DNA of 58,994 nucleotides from an uncultured archaeon (GTDB lineage: Archaea; Asgardarchaeota; Thorarchaeia; Thorarchaeales; Thorarchaeaceae), in the NCBI GenBank assembly GCA_964558645.1, contig CAZLEV010000017.1, positions 1 to 58,994 on the forward strand, read 5' to 3'. The translations under genes and the position numbers were made by a program. Position 1 is the first letter of the stretch. Each line of letters begins with the position of its first letter. Positions 57,823-58,994 of this stretch are shown here, piece by piece. Under the pieces are notes generated by a model, which searched no databases, had not been told where the DNA came from, and saw only the letters and a program-made list of their open reading frames with translations.

Positions 57823-58881
57823 TCAGAGGAACGGTCTGCGACCTGCACCACGTTTCATCCACTGCACCCCGCCTATGTTCAAGTCATGCCCGCAATTCGG
57901 ACACTTACCTTTCTCATCGAGGTTGTTGCTCTTCAAGTAGACAGAATATCTTTCTACAGCCTTGTATCCACAGTCTGGACAATACGTGTTCTCACCATCA
58001 TGACCGGGAACATTTCCAGAGTAGACAAACTCGAGTCCCGCAGCCTTTGCCACCTTCATGTGTTTCTCGAGGGTGGATGGGCTTGTCCTAGGTAAATCAG
58101 TCATCTGATACGTGGGCCCAAATGCAGTCAGATGGAGAGGAGTCAGGCTTCCGAGGTTGTCAACAATCCATTTGGCAAGCTCACGTGTGTCATCCTCAAA
58201 ATCCCCGAGCTCTGGGATGATGAGGTTAGTGAGTTCTATGAAGATATCCTCTTCCTTGAACTTCTTCAGTGCAGTGAAAATCGGCTTGGTGCTTGGAACG
58301 TCCATGTATTCCTTGTAGAAGTCCTTGTTTCCGCTACCCTTGAAGTCAACTGTCACAGCATCAAGATAGGGTGCAATATACTCTATGGCTTCTGATGTTT
58401 CATAGCCATTGGTGACAAATGTATTGTACATATCCTCGGAATGGGCTATCTCTGCTGTATCATGCGCGAGCTCCATGAAGATGGTAGGTTCAGTGTAAGT
58501 GTAGCTGATTCCTTGGCAGTCGTACTTCTTCGCAAGAGACACAACGTCGTCTGGACTCATCTTTCTTCCAGTGGGTTCTTCTCGTTGAGAAGAGTGGTAA
58601 TTCAGACAGAACTTACAGTGGAAGTTGCAGCACGAAGTACTGATTGAGAACGTGTGCGAACCAGGAGCGAAGTGAAACATCGGTTTCTTCTCGATTGGGT
58701 CCGGTGCCATGCCGTCGATTAGACCATAGACTTTCGTGTACAGCTCCCCTTCTTTCACAACTCGTACTCTGCAATAGCCGGTTTCGCCCTCACCTAGGAC
58801 ACAGTGTCTCGCACAAAGGTCACAACGTATACGATCCTTTATCTTGGTGTATAGCTCCGCTCGCTTCATTCTGGATACCAT
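57823..58881 (-). CDS. AmmeMemoRadiSam system radical SAM enzyme
   Basis: CDLCARHC..GYCRVR, DPIEKKPMFHFAPG, CNFHCKFCLN, YTYTEPT, VTNGY, YSGNVPGH..ENTYCPDC. Confidence 0.93.
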   Translation of the reverse strand: MVSRMKRAELYTKIKDRIRCDLCARHCVLGEGETGYCRVRVVKEGELYTKVYGLIDGMAPDPIEKKPMFHFAPGSHTFSISTSCCNFHCKFCLNYHSSQREEPTGRKMSPDDVVSLAKKYDCQGISYTYTEPTIFMELAHDTAEIAHSEDMYNTFVTNGYETSEAIEYIAPYLDAVTVDFKGSGNKDFYKEYMDVPSTKPIFTALKKFKEEDIFIELTNLIIPELGDFEDDTRELAKWIVDNLGSLTPLHLTAFGPTYQMTDLPRTSPSTLEKHMKVAKAAGLEFVYSGNVPGHDGENTYCPDCGYKAVERYSVYLKSNNLDEKGKCPNCGHDLNIGGVQWMKRGAGRRPFL

Positions 58882-58994
58882 ATTTCCACCGTTCTTATTC
58901 GTGTTTTGGTATCAGAAGAGGTGGTCGGGCTTCTTGAGAACCAGTAGATTTGCAAATCACATGATCTCACCACCATGAGGAAGAATCTCGAGTA

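Noticed and set aside
1-58994. CRISPR arrays, tRNA/rRNA genes, IS elements, selenoprotein UGA read-through
   Set aside because: No regularly spaced repeats, cloverleafs, transposase motifs or UGA-split conserved genes seen by eye; a short RNA could have been missed without a covariance search

Overview
A gene-dense archaeal chromosomal segment of about 52 protein-coding genes. I found no rRNA, tRNA, CRISPR array, transposase or integrase. Housekeeping genes are archaeal: TrpRS, HisRS, archaeal MAT, thermosome, Rpo6/RpoK, Fap7-type adenylate kinase, Ard1, PAC2, CDC48/VAT and Topo VI. Several eukaryotic-signature-type proteins (a gelsolin-domain protein, two roadblock/LC7 proteins, a tandem pair of longin-like + winged-helix proteins, a SNAP-like TPR protein) point to an Asgard archaeon, most likely Thorarchaeia (inferred from gene content). 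Main leads: (1) a 34.8-41 kb actin-regulator-like neighbourhood resembling a crenarchaeal 'arcade' cluster, with a small membrane protein ending in seven prolines where the actin gene would be; (2) a probable prokaryotic homologue of eukaryotic CINP/C1orf109 (55LCC AAA-ATPase adaptors); (3) an NPRL2/NPRL3-like tandem pair near a roadblock gene; (4) an HTH-CBS regulator divergent from SAM synthetase with two palindromic boxes between them; (5) an Rpo6 fused to a tethered helix-hairpin-helix domain; (6) a Topo VI cluster with a degenerate TOPRIM motif, a coiled-coil/wHTH protein and a PD-(D/E)XK nuclease; (7) a stand-alone degenerate NifB-like radical SAM enzyme. All family assignments come from motif recognition by eye and recalled family sequences; no searches were run.
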